A stretch of DNA of 34,999 nucleotides from Bacteroidota bacterium (GCA_002748015.1 PDRH01000025.1:1-34999); one strand, 5' to 3'. Shown: positions 9,078-16,768, counted from the stretch's first letter. The notes: generated from the letters alone by a model not told the origin. Translations and numbers: made by a program.

Positions 9078-9848
9078 TCAGGTCTTGAGCACCTCGCAAT
9101 GCCCATGCGGCCATCCACCCCTCTCGCCCCCAGCGTTAGCTACACCATCCACACCGCCCAATGGCCTCAGCGCGGCCCCCGTCGCCCTGCTCCCCCCGCT
9201 AGCCCCACGCCCCTTCGCCACGTACACATATAGGCTAGCCCACCTGGACTTCCCCTTCACCTCAACTGTATAGTACGCATGCAATGCCCCGCTAGCCGCC
9301 CACTTCGGAATGCTAATCCGCACAGCCTCCCCCCTCTTCGGCGCATCGAAACCCACGTGCAGCGTACGCCCAGCCCCAGCTGAATGCACCGCCATCCTCA
9401 CCCGCCTCGTCCCCCGCGGCAAACCCTTGGGAAAGCCCACGACCATCTCCCGCCCATTCCGCTTCACCTCCATGGGAAATGCCTCCAGCGAGTTCCCCTC
9501 GGACAGCTTAACATTCTGGTAGTCAATTTCCCATCCACCCTTCCCCTTCCTCATCCCCGACTTCAGCAGCTCCCCCAGCGCTACGTGGTAAGCCCCCACC
9601 GCCCTGCTCTGCCACCCCGGCCTATTGGTCATCCTGGGCTTAAATCCCCGCGATACCATCGGTTGCATCTGGCAGAGGAAACGGCTCGCCACGGCCAGCT
9701 TATTCCTATTGGCCTGCTGGCACTCCGTCCGGGGATTACGGATTTTCTCGGCACGATCACGGACGTACATCCGCTCCTCCCTTACTACGTATACAACGGG
9801 GTTCTGCTTGCTCCAGTACTTCGGGCGCACGGGGGTAATTTGGGCCAT
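9078..9848 (-). CDS. Hypothetical protein, DUF6266-like
   Basis: 256-aa ORF. The N-terminal segment ...YVRDRAEKIRNPRTECQQANRNKLAVASRFLCQMQPMV... resembles the NPRT-x-x-Q...R-x-KF/L signature I associate with DUF6266. The C-terminal ~45 aa is a Gly/Ala-rich low-complexity tail. Confidence 0.45.
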   Translation of the reverse strand: MAQITPVRPKYWSKQNPVVYVVREERMYVRDRAEKIRNPRTECQQANRNKLAVASRFLCQMQPMVSRGFKPRMTNRPGWQSRAVGAYHVALGELLKSGMRKGKGGWEIDYQNVKLSEGNSLEAFPMEVKRNGREMVVGFPKGLPRGTRRVRMAVHSAGAGRTLHVGFDAPKRGEAVRISIPKWAASGALHAYYTVEVKGKSRWASLYVYVAKGRGASGGSRATGAALRPLGGVDGVANAGGERGGWPHGHCEVLKT

Positions 9849-10193
9849 GGGCTAATTGATTGGTGGTAATGGTTATACGCATACCGTTTGAAAAGGTTTG
9901 CGCTTGGGTAATACCCTACCCTTCTCCCTCCATCGCCACAGCCCCCGCTCCGAATTTGCGCTAGGGGAAATACGGAGCGGCTGGCCATGCGAACACGGGA
10001 TGCTACAGGGGGGACGGCAGGAACGACGTGCACGGGGATGCCTACATCCCTACCATTTGCAGATAAATGTGCGCATGATGAATGCCTGTAAAAATGCACC
10101 TTCTATACTATTGGTCAGCTACTTAGCTATGGGCTACTCTGCACCCAGCTTCCCCCTCCCAGAGGTCTAGCATAGGAACAGGCGGCATTGACC

Positions 10194-10224
10194 ATGCCCT
10201 ACCCCCAGCGCTGGGGTAGGGCAT
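10194..10224. repeat. Near-perfect 31-nt palindrome / hairpin
   Basis: ATGCCCTACCCC-C-AGCGCT-GGGGTAGGGCAT has 12-bp arms around a self-complementary AGCGCT core, with one bulged C. It lies in the 461-bp divergent intergenic region. Confidence 0.7.
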
Positions 10225-10280
10225 AGTCAAAACTAAACTACGTACGCCCGGCACCCTTACGGGCTACCAGGCGTTTTTTG

Positions 10281-10288
10281 TACCTTTG
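10281..10288 (+). promoter_or_regulatory. -7 box (TAnnTTTG)
   Basis: GGCGTTTTTTGTACCTTTGCC, 22 nt upstream of ATG 10310. The track start at 10286 is a TTG inside this box. Confidence 0.5.
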
Positions 10289-10309
10289 CCTGAAATAGGA
10301 GGAGGTATT

Positions 10310-11959
10310 ATGGCGATAGAGAAGGGTAAATTCCCCAACACGACGGCGAGCTTTGAGAAGATTCGCGAGCATGAGATGTACTATGTGGACAAGACTGCGA
10401 AGCTATGGCAGCTGGCCAACCGTTCCGAAGTGGTCTTCCTAAGCCGCCCCCGTCGCTTCGGGAAGAGCATGCTGCTGGATACCATAGGCTGCTACCTGGA
10501 GGGGCAGAAGGAGCTCTTCGAAGGGCTCAAGCTCTACCCGCTAGAGGAGTCCATGGGGGAGAAGGCCTGGGCCAAGCACCCCGTGCTGCGCTTCGACTTC
10601 AGCGGCATAAGCGCCCTCACACCAGCGGCCATGGGGGAGATGCTGCACGTGCGGATCAGCGGCACCCTGCGAAGACTCGGGCTACCCACGCAGGGGAAAG
10701 ACGCCCCGTACAGTATATACGAGGTGATGGAGCTGCTCCATGAGGCCACCGGCCAGCGCGTCGTCGTGCTAATCGATGAGTACGACAGCCCTATACTCGA
10801 TGCGCTGGTGAAGGGCGATACCGCACTTCTGGAGGATATCAAGGCCTACCTCCGCAGCCTCTACAGGGCGCTCAAGTCGGCAGACCGCCACCTCCGCTTC
10901 CTCATGGCCACGGGCGTGAGCCAGGTGCGCCAGGTCGGCCTCTTCAGCGGCTTCAACAACATCGAGGACATCAGCTTCGACCCGGATTTCAGCACCATCT
11001 GCGGCATCAGCGAGGAGGAGATTCACGAGTACCTCCCCGAGCAGCTCGCGCACATGGCGGCGAAGAATGGCCTGACGGTGGAGGAGCTGCTGGTCCAGCT
11101 CAGGTATAAGTACGACGGCTACCGCTTCTCCGAGAACGAGGAGCATGTCTACAACTCCTTCGGGCTGATCAATGCGCTGAAATCCTGCCGCCTTGAGAAC
11201 TACTGGTCCAGGACTGGAACAGCCAGCAGCGCGGATAAGCTGATACCGCGCTACAATGCGCTGGGAGTGCTGCACCTCGATGGGGTGCTAAGGGCAAGTA
11301 TAGATACTCTTTCCCGCTTCAACTTCGAGCATAGCGACCCCCTGGGCTTCCTCTACCAGTCGGGCTATCTGACCATCAAGGGCATGGACGATGATGGGGA
11401 CTTCCTTCTGGATTTTCCGAACAAGGAGGTGCGCGAGAGCATCATGGAGATCCTCGCCCCCCGAACCCTCGGTATAGCGCAGGAGTACGAATACCGAAGC
11501 CGCAACAGCGACCTGGTGAAGGCCCTCAAGGGTACGGACATCAAGACCCTTGAAGTGTGCATACAGGCCCTGCTCGCCAGCCTCCCCTTCGACCACGAGA
11601 GGCAGGATAGGGAAGATGCCCAAAAGGTCTGGGAGCTGCGCGAGGCGCGCTACCGCGATGCGCTCCACCTCATCTTCGCTGGGGTACGTAGCGACGTTCG
11701 CGTGGAGCAGATCGGGGCGGGGGGCATTTCGGATGTGGAGATCATCGGCGCAAAGATGATAGTGATCATCGAGCTAAAGATGAAGCGGAACGGAATGACC
11801 GCAGGGAAGGCGCTGGCCCAGGCCCTGGGGAATGGCTACCCCGACAAGCATAGCGGCGGGGAGAAGCCCGTGTGGGCTGTGGGCGCAGTAATCGGGGAGA
11901 AGGCGCAGGTAGAGTGGATGGAGGAGTGCGTGTGGGAGGGTTCTAGCCAGGAAAGGTAG
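10310..11959 (+). CDS. AAA-ATPase-like N-terminal domain fused to a PD-(D/E)XK nuclease-like C-terminal domain (Bacteroidales 'predicted AAA-ATPase / DUF1703' family)
   Basis: MAIEKGKFPNTTASFEKIREHEMYYVDKTAKLWQLANRSEVVFLSRPRRFGKSMLLDTI... contains a Walker-A-like RRFGKS, then VVLIDEYDSPI (Walker B). The C-terminus has ...GISDVEIIGAKMIVIIELKMKRN..., a D...E-x-K nuclease core. Confidence 0.8.
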   Translation: MAIEKGKFPNTTASFEKIREHEMYYVDKTAKLWQLANRSEVVFLSRPRRFGKSMLLDTIGCYLEGQKELFEGLKLYPLEESMGEKAWAKHPVLRFDFSGISALTPAAMGEMLHVRISGTLRRLGLPTQGKDAPYSIYEVMELLHEATGQRVVVLIDEYDSPILDALVKGDTALLEDIKAYLRSLYRALKSADRHLRFLMATGVSQVRQVGLFSGFNNIEDISFDPDFSTICGISEEEIHEYLPEQLAHMAAKNGLTVEELLVQLRYKYDGYRFSENEEHVYNSFGLINALKSCRLENYWSRTGTASSADKLIPRYNALGVLHLDGVLRASIDTLSRFNFEHSDPLGFLYQSGYLTIKGMDDDGDFLLDFPNKEVRESIMEILAPRTLGIAQEYEYRSRNSDLVKALKGTDIKTLEVCIQALLASLPFDHERQDREDAQKVWELREARYRDALHLIFAGVRSDVRVEQIGAGGISDVEIIGAKMIVIIELKMKRNGMTAGKALAQALGNGYPDKHSGGEKPVWAVGAVIGEKAQVEWMEECVWEGSSQER

Positions 11960-11993
11960 GACTCGGCGTAATTCGATGGGCAGATAAAAGGGC

Positions 11994-12001
11994 TATCTTT
12001 G
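11994..12001 (+). promoter_or_regulatory. -7 box (TAnnTTTG)
   Basis: GGCTATCTTTGCGC, ~80 nt upstream of the yihY ATG at 12080. Confidence 0.4.
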
Positions 12002-12079
12002 CGCAGCGCATCCGGGTGGAGGGGTGTAAATGTGGCGGGCAGGCGCGCATAGGTTAGCACGAGCAGAAAAAGTAGCATA

Positions 12080-13435
12080 ATGGCAAAGGAAGGCATAGGT
12101 ACACGCTTTCGACGATGGTACGGGGCGGCAGCCGGCTTCATACGGCATGAGGTGTGGAGCGTGGAGCGCGAGGCCTTCTCGCGGGGGCGGTACCGGCTGG
12201 TCATCGCTCTTCGGATTGCACTCCTGACGTTCCGGGGCTTCAGCGAGAAGCGGGTGCAGCTGCGGGCGACGGCGCTGACCTTCTACTCGCTCATGTCGCT
12301 GGTGCCGGTGATCGCGCTGCTCTTCGGCATAGCGAAGGGCTTCGGGCTGGAGGGAATGCTCAACGATATCCTGCGCGAGAAGCTGGCCCCCTACCCGGAG
12401 GTCTCGGCGCAGATTATCTCCTTCTCCGATTCGCTCCTGGGTCGCACGGGCGGGGGGCTGATGGCGGGGGTCGGGGTGGCGGCGCTGTTCTGGTCTGTTG
12501 TCAAGGTTTTCTCCAACATCGAGCGTAGCTTCAACGCCATCTGGCAGATCGACACGCCGCGGGCATGGGTGCGTAAGTTCAGCGACTACCTCTCGCTGAT
12601 GCTGATCGCTCCGGTGGTGCTGATCCTGAGCTCCTCGGCCAACCTGTACCTTCGAACGATGCTAAATGCGGGGGTGGACGATGCGCAGCTAGTACACCTG
12701 GCCAAGACAGGGATGCTGCTGGCGCTACGGGCATTGCCCTACGTGCTGGTGCCGCTGCTGTTCGCACTGCTCTACCTGCTGATGCCCAACACGAAGGTGA
12801 AGTTCAGCGCCGCGCTGGTGGCGGGAGCAGTGGCCGGGGTGGGCTTCGTGGGGCTGCAGTGGGGCTACCTGTACTTCCAGTTCGGGATGTCGAGCTATAA
12901 CGCCATCTACGGGAGCTTTGCCGCCTTCCCGCTCTTCCTGATCTGGATGCAGCTCAGCTGGATGATCGTGCTGCTGGGGGCAGAAATATCGTTTGCGGTG
13001 CAGAATGTGAAGCTGTTCGAGTACGAGAAGGAGACGCGCAACCTGAGCGTGCGACGAACCAAGGAGCTCTCACTGCTGCTGCTGCATACGCTGGTGGTGC
13101 GCTTCGAGGCGGGGGAGCTGCCGCTGACGAGCCACGAGCTGGCCGAGCAGCACCACCTGCCGCTGCGGCTAACGCACCGCCTGCTGCGGTGGATGGTGGG
13201 GGCGGGGCTGGTGTCGCGGGTGGAAGCCGAGGAGGGAAAGACGGTGGCCTACCAGCCGGGCATATCGGTAAACCGGCTGACAGTGGGCTGGGTGATGGCG
13301 GCCTACGAAACCTACGGGGAGACCGTACCCGCTGAAGGGGAGGTGCTGCACGAGATAGAGCGGCTGTACGAGGAGGAGGTGAAGGTGGATGGGGTGAAGA
13401 GGGTTGGGGATATTGGGCTAGATGGCGACCTTTAG
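12080..13435 (+). CDS. yihY: YihY/BrkB-family inner-membrane protein with a C-terminal winged-helix-like extension
   Basis: 451 aa. ...LRATALTFYSLMSLVPVIALLFGIAKGFG... and ...YGSFAAFPLFLIWMQLSWMIVLLGAEISFA... are the family hallmarks, with about 6 TM helices. Confidence 0.85.
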   Translation: MAKEGIGTRFRRWYGAAAGFIRHEVWSVEREAFSRGRYRLVIALRIALLTFRGFSEKRVQLRATALTFYSLMSLVPVIALLFGIAKGFGLEGMLNDILREKLAPYPEVSAQIISFSDSLLGRTGGGLMAGVGVAALFWSVVKVFSNIERSFNAIWQIDTPRAWVRKFSDYLSLMLIAPVVLILSSSANLYLRTMLNAGVDDAQLVHLAKTGMLLALRALPYVLVPLLFALLYLLMPNTKVKFSAALVAGAVAGVGFVGLQWGYLYFQFGMSSYNAIYGSFAAFPLFLIWMQLSWMIVLLGAEISFAVQNVKLFEYEKETRNLSVRRTKELSLLLLHTLVVRFEAGELPLTSHELAEQHHLPLRLTHRLLRWMVGAGLVSRVEAEEGKTVAYQPGISVNRLTVGWVMAAYETYGETVPAEGEVLHEIERLYEEEVKVDGVKRVGDIGLDGDL

Positions 13436-13939
13436 GGTCTTGAGCATTTCAACTGGGGTAGTGCAAGGGACTCTATACGCTTCGCAAACATCGGGTATCT
13501 TTATATTTGTCCTAGAGTTTGGGCTGCTAGCCTCATACGTAACGAGGGTATGGCCTTGATCTTTGGCGTAGGCAATTAACCAGATATCCGCATTTGTGTC
13601 TTTTTGAAACGTGTCTATTGCGGTTGTTCGGTAAAATTGCTTTCCACTGCTATCCTTGATATTCAGCGCCCATGAAATAAGCTCTTGGATAGTGCGAAGT
13701 ATAGATGGTGTTTTTGTATCCTTAAAAAAGTCACTTGGTAGAGCCTTCGTTACTAGGTCGTTGAGAAAGGGATCTTCCCCCTCATAATACAGAAGTTCCC
13801 TTTTAACTACATCTATGCTTATTATATCTCCCTGCTTCGCAAGGTGCTCAAGCTCCTTCCAATACGAAGGGAATACCTCCATAGGATAGTGCACTCGTTT
13901 AGAGGTTATGAAGATATTAGTATCCAGCAGATATTTCAT
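13418..13939 (-). CDS. DUF4411-like PIN-domain protein (putative nuclease/toxin component)
   Basis: 173 aa. It begins MKYLLDTNIFITS (PIN motif 1), with later acidic positions in ...DIISIDVVKRELL..., ...NADIWLIAYA... and ...TLVTYEAS. The ATG overlaps the upstream gene stop (ATGA, 13936-13939). Sampled 60-nt lines are 42-48% GC. Confidence 0.7.
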   Translation of the reverse strand: MKYLLDTNIFITSKRVHYPMEVFPSYWKELEHLAKQGDIISIDVVKRELLYYEGEDPFLNDLVTKALPSDFFKDTKTPSILRTIQELISWALNIKDSSGKQFYRTTAIDTFQKDTNADIWLIAYAKDQGHTLVTYEASSPNSRTNIKIPDVCEAYRVPCTTPVEMLKTLKVAI

Positions 13940-15075
13940 ACCCCTAGCTTTTCGATGTATGTATCGTAGGTTTTTCCCCTCAGCCCCATGAGGCGATAGG
14001 CATCGCGATGGGAGAGGTGGTGGTTCTGCACTGCAGAATCGACGAAGCGAGAGAAGGAACGCCCGATCCTCTTGATGGCAGTAGGATAGAATGACCCACC
14101 TTTTTGGGATTTTGGTTCGGCCGCCAGTTCTATACGCTGTTCCCGATAGTTTTGAAAGTATCGCTCCAGCTTCTCCCGATCAATGTGTCCGACCTCAAAG
14201 GCGCGGCGTGCCATGGCAATTGTGCTCACCCGAAAATGCGTGGCCGCCTTCTCTATGCTATGCCCTTCTGAGAAGTACTGCCTTACCATCCCTTCTGGCA
14301 TCAGAAGCTCTACGGCCACCAGATCGCACATCCGCTCGGTAGGATCGCTTGCGGCATCGGTAACCATGGCATTATTATCATGGGCGGCACTGCGGCCCAT
14401 CCATATATGGGCGAGTTCGTGGGCGAGGGTGAAGAGATTGGCCACAGGAGCGTCGCGCGCATTCAGGAAGATGAACGGGGCGTAGCGGTCGGAGAGCGCA
14501 AATCCACGGCACTCCTCAACGCTGATAGGGCGTCCCGTGCTATTGCCAACTATCCCGTTGGAGGAGATGAATATATTCTGCTGCTCGCATTGCTCCACCA
14601 GAAAACCTAGGGCCTCGCGCGCCCCCCTGTGCCTAAGCTGCCATCCCGCAGGTATCTTCAGGACTTCACGAATGGACGCGATGGCCTCCGCGTGGGTCGT
14701 CGAGCTCCCTACGAAGGGTAGCGGGGCAAATCCGAGCTCCAGCTCCATGTACTCTGAAAGCCAATCCTGGCGGAGCTGTAAAAGTTGAATGGTATCGTAC
14801 ACATTGAGGCTTGGCGCCTTGTGGGTAGCCTTCGCGCCCCGGAAATAGGGCATTGCCAAACTCTCATCTGGGGGAGAATCTCCGAGGAGCACCAACGGAT
14901 TGACGTGCAAGCGATCGGCAAAATCCCTTAGCTGCGCATAGGTCGGCTTCCTACTGCCCTTTACCCACTCCTGCCACTTTTCGTCCTTGGCTAGGAACTC
15001 TTCCAGCTCGTAGCCCGCCCGGTCTATTGCCCAGCGAAGCATATCAGCGGAAATGTGGTCAAGATAGGTTGCCAA
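13936..15075 (-). CDS. ImmA/IrrE-family (COG2856-type) zinc metallopeptidase with an N-terminal XRE-like HTH region
   Basis: 379 aa. It carries HEXXH in FTLAHELAHIWMG followed by ...CDLVAVELLMP.... The N-terminus, ...LRWAIDRAGYELEEFLAK...TYAQLRDFADRLHVNPLVLL, resembles a degenerate XRE HTH. Confidence 0.8.
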   Translation of the reverse strand: MATYLDHISADMLRWAIDRAGYELEEFLAKDEKWQEWVKGSRKPTYAQLRDFADRLHVNPLVLLGDSPPDESLAMPYFRGAKATHKAPSLNVYDTIQLLQLRQDWLSEYMELELGFAPLPFVGSSTTHAEAIASIREVLKIPAGWQLRHRGAREALGFLVEQCEQQNIFISSNGIVGNSTGRPISVEECRGFALSDRYAPFIFLNARDAPVANLFTLAHELAHIWMGRSAAHDNNAMVTDAASDPTERMCDLVAVELLMPEGMVRQYFSEGHSIEKAATHFRVSTIAMARRAFEVGHIDREKLERYFQNYREQRIELAAEPKSQKGGSFYPTAIKRIGRSFSRFVDSAVQNHHLSHRDAYRLMGLRGKTYDTYIEKLGV

Positions 15076-15109
15076 GACGTGAAGCTTTTTGTCACCAATA
15101 GGATTTGGG

Positions 15110-15117
15110 CAAAAGTA
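15110..15117 (-). promoter_or_regulatory. -7 box (TAnnTTTG) for the ImmA-DUF4411 operon
   Basis: The minus strand reads CGCTACTTTTGCCC, ~35 nt upstream of ATG 15075. Confidence 0.4.
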
Positions 15118-15294
15118 GCGAACTCGACTATGCTACGCAAATTGCGCATGAAAAAAATGACAACTAAAAAGCACTATAAAGTAATCCAACGCTCTGTAAG
15201 TAGCAAGCAGAAACGTCCATGGTCTACAGCTTGCTCTTGCATCCCAAAACATGCAATTTTGCCGTCCACCTCTTGCACCTCCGGAATAAATGTA

Positions 15295-15302
15295 TACCTT
15301 TG
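15295..15302 (+). promoter_or_regulatory. -7 box (TAnnTTTG) for ffs
   Basis: TGTATACCTTTGTGG lies immediately upstream of the 5' helix of the SRP RNA. Confidence 0.5.
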
Positions 15303-15304
15303 TG

Positions 15305-15411
15305 GCGTGGGTAAGTCTTATGCGACTAGCTCCCCGTGAAACTCCCCAGGGTCGGAAGGCAGCAAGGATATCGGGTTGTAGCAGTGCGACATAAGTAGCT
15401 TGCCCACTTTT
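15305..15411 (+). ncRNA. ffs: Small (4.5S-type) signal recognition particle RNA
   Basis: The conserved domain-IV core CCCCAGGGUC-GGAA-GGCAGCAAGGA...GGGUUGUAGC resembles E. coli CCAGGUCAGGUCC-GGAA-GGAAGCAGCCAAGG...GGGAUGUAGC. The terminal helix pairs GTGGGTAAG/CTTGCCCAC and CTTATG/CATAAG. A T6 run at 15408-15413 follows. Ends are accurate to about 5 nt. Confidence 0.8.
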
Positions 15412-15484
15412 TTGTGCGCTAAGGTTTCGTAGGGGAGAGCCGGTCGGCCCACAGGGGGAAAGCGGGGGGAACGGCGTTTTTTGC

Positions 15485-15492
15485 TACCTTTG
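15485..15492 (+). promoter_or_regulatory. -7 box (TAnnTTTG)
   Basis: GGCGTTTTTTGCTACCTTTGTGC, ~22 nt upstream of ATG 15514. Confidence 0.5.
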
Positions 15493-15513
15493 TGCTACAC
15501 AAAAGAGCAAGGA

Positions 15514-16452
15514 ATGCCAGCCATGTCCAGATACGTCAACCCCTTCACCGACTTCGGTTTCAAGCGCCTCTTCGGTGAGGAACCCAGCAAGGATCTACTC
15601 ATCTGCTTCCTGAACGAGCTGCTGCGTGGGACGCAGGAGATTAAGGACCTCACGTACCTAAAGACCGAGCAGCTGGGGGATACTCGCCTAGACCGCAAGG
15701 CCATCTTCGACCTGTACTGCGAGAACGAGAAGGGCGAGAAGTTCATCGTGGAGCTCCAGAAGGCGCGCCAGGCCTTCTTCAAGGATCGGACGATCTTCTA
15801 CTCCACCTTCCCCATCCGGGAGCAGGCGATGCCGAACGACTGGGACTTCCGCCTGCGCCCGGTCTACACGATAGCCATCATGGACTTCATCTTCGAGGAG
15901 CGGGAGCAGTATGCAGACATCTACCGGCATGACATCCAGCTGCGGCACGGGGTTACTAAGGAGGTTTTCTACGACAAGCTGACGTTCATCTACCTCGAGA
16001 TGCCGAAGTTCAACAAGGAGGAGGAGGAGCTGGAGACGGACTTCGAGAAGTGGCTCTACGCCTTCAAGCACTTGAGCGAGCTGGATAGCGTACCGGAGCG
16101 GCTGAAGGGGCTGATGTTCGAACGCTTCTTCGCTCGGGCGGAGATAGCCCAATTCAACCGCAATGAGCTGCGGTCGTACGAGAATAGCCTGAAGGTGTAC
16201 CGCGACTGGAAGAACGTGCTGGATACGGCGCACGACGACGGCTACAAGGAGGGGAAAGAGGAGGGCTTTGAAAAGGGCTACGGGGAGGGGATCGAGAGGG
16301 GAATGCAAGAGGGGATCGAGAAGGGTATAGAAAAGGGTAAGCTGGCAGAACGTAGCGAGATGGCCAAACGGCTACTTGCAAAAGGCTTCAGCATTGAGGA
16401 GGTGGCGGAGCTGAGTGGCCTGTCTGCCGAGCAGGTGGCGAGCTTGGCCTAA
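15514..16452 (+). CDS. Rpn-family / PD-(D/E)XK 'putative transposase' nuclease
   Basis: Track ORF 15481..16452. The start is placed at ATG 15514 (or 15523): M(PA)MSRYVNPFTDFGFKRLFGEE...DRKAIFDLYCENEKGEKFIVELQKA (D...E-x-K core). The C-terminus has EG-x-EKG repeats (EGFEKGYGEGIERGMQEGIEKGIEKGK) and an HTH-like tail (FSIEEVAELSGLSAEQV). Confidence 0.8.
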   Translation: MPAMSRYVNPFTDFGFKRLFGEEPSKDLLICFLNELLRGTQEIKDLTYLKTEQLGDTRLDRKAIFDLYCENEKGEKFIVELQKARQAFFKDRTIFYSTFPIREQAMPNDWDFRLRPVYTIAIMDFIFEEREQYADIYRHDIQLRHGVTKEVFYDKLTFIYLEMPKFNKEEEELETDFEKWLYAFKHLSELDSVPERLKGLMFERFFARAEIAQFNRNELRSYENSLKVYRDWKNVLDTAHDDGYKEGKEEGFEKGYGEGIERGMQEGIEKGIEKGKLAERSEMAKRLLAKGFSIEEVAELSGLSAEQVASLA

Positions 16453-16635
16453 GCTTCTTCGGCTTATTCCATTTCGCTACCTGTATACCGGGGCTGGCGT
16501 GAGAGCTAGTTCGTTGGTGCTAGCAAAGCGAAAGAACGCTATGCCTACGGGCCTATATGCCTGGTATAAGGGGGTGCAATGGCCGGGGGGCGGCAAACCT
16601 GGCTAACAGGTATAGGAGTACATGAATTCCCCTAT

Positions 16636-16674
16636 AAAAAAGCATGGCCTCCACCCGAGGGGTAGAAGCCATGC
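16636..16674 (-). terminator. Intrinsic terminator downstream of tRNA-Cys
   Basis: The minus strand reads GCATGGCTTCTACCC-CTC-GGGTGGAGGCCATGC (about 15 bp including G:U pairs) followed by TTTTTT. Confidence 0.6.
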
Positions 16675-16683
16675 CACTCTCTG

Positions 16684-16754
16684 AGGTACCTAGCGGAGTC
16701 GAACCGCTGTACTCGGTTTTGCAGACCGATGCCTAACCACTCGGCCAAGGTACC
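16684..16754 (-). tRNA. tRNA-Cys (anticodon GCA)
   Basis: The minus strand reads GGTACCT-TG-GCCG-AGTGGTT-AGGC-A-TCGGT-CTGCAAA-ACCGA-GTAC-AGCGG-TTCGACT-CCGCT-AGGTACC-T. The cloverleaf has a 7-bp acceptor stem, a GTTCGA-type T-loop and anticodon loop CT-GCA-AA. No CCA is encoded. Confidence 0.9.
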
Positions 16755-16768
16755 CTGCTGGAACGCCG

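Noticed and set aside
15055-15339. A 94-aa + strand ORF between the ImmA gene and the Rpn-like gene
   Set aside because: It overlaps the ImmA start, its promoter and the 5' part of the SRP RNA. It has no motif and is AT-rich intergenic sequence. The region is better explained by the two promoters plus ffs.
15688-16308. A 206-aa minus-strand ORF
   Set aside because: It is antisense to the Rpn-like nuclease gene. Its Leu/Val/Pro-rich composition mirrors the Glu/Lys-rich sense frame.
16600-16760. tRNA-Cys as the attachment site of an integrated element
   Set aside because: I found no second copy of the tRNA 3' end (…GGTTCGACTCCGCTAGGTACC) in the window and no integrase gene. The neighbouring accessory genes each have their own promoters and differing composition. 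A single integrative element is not supported.
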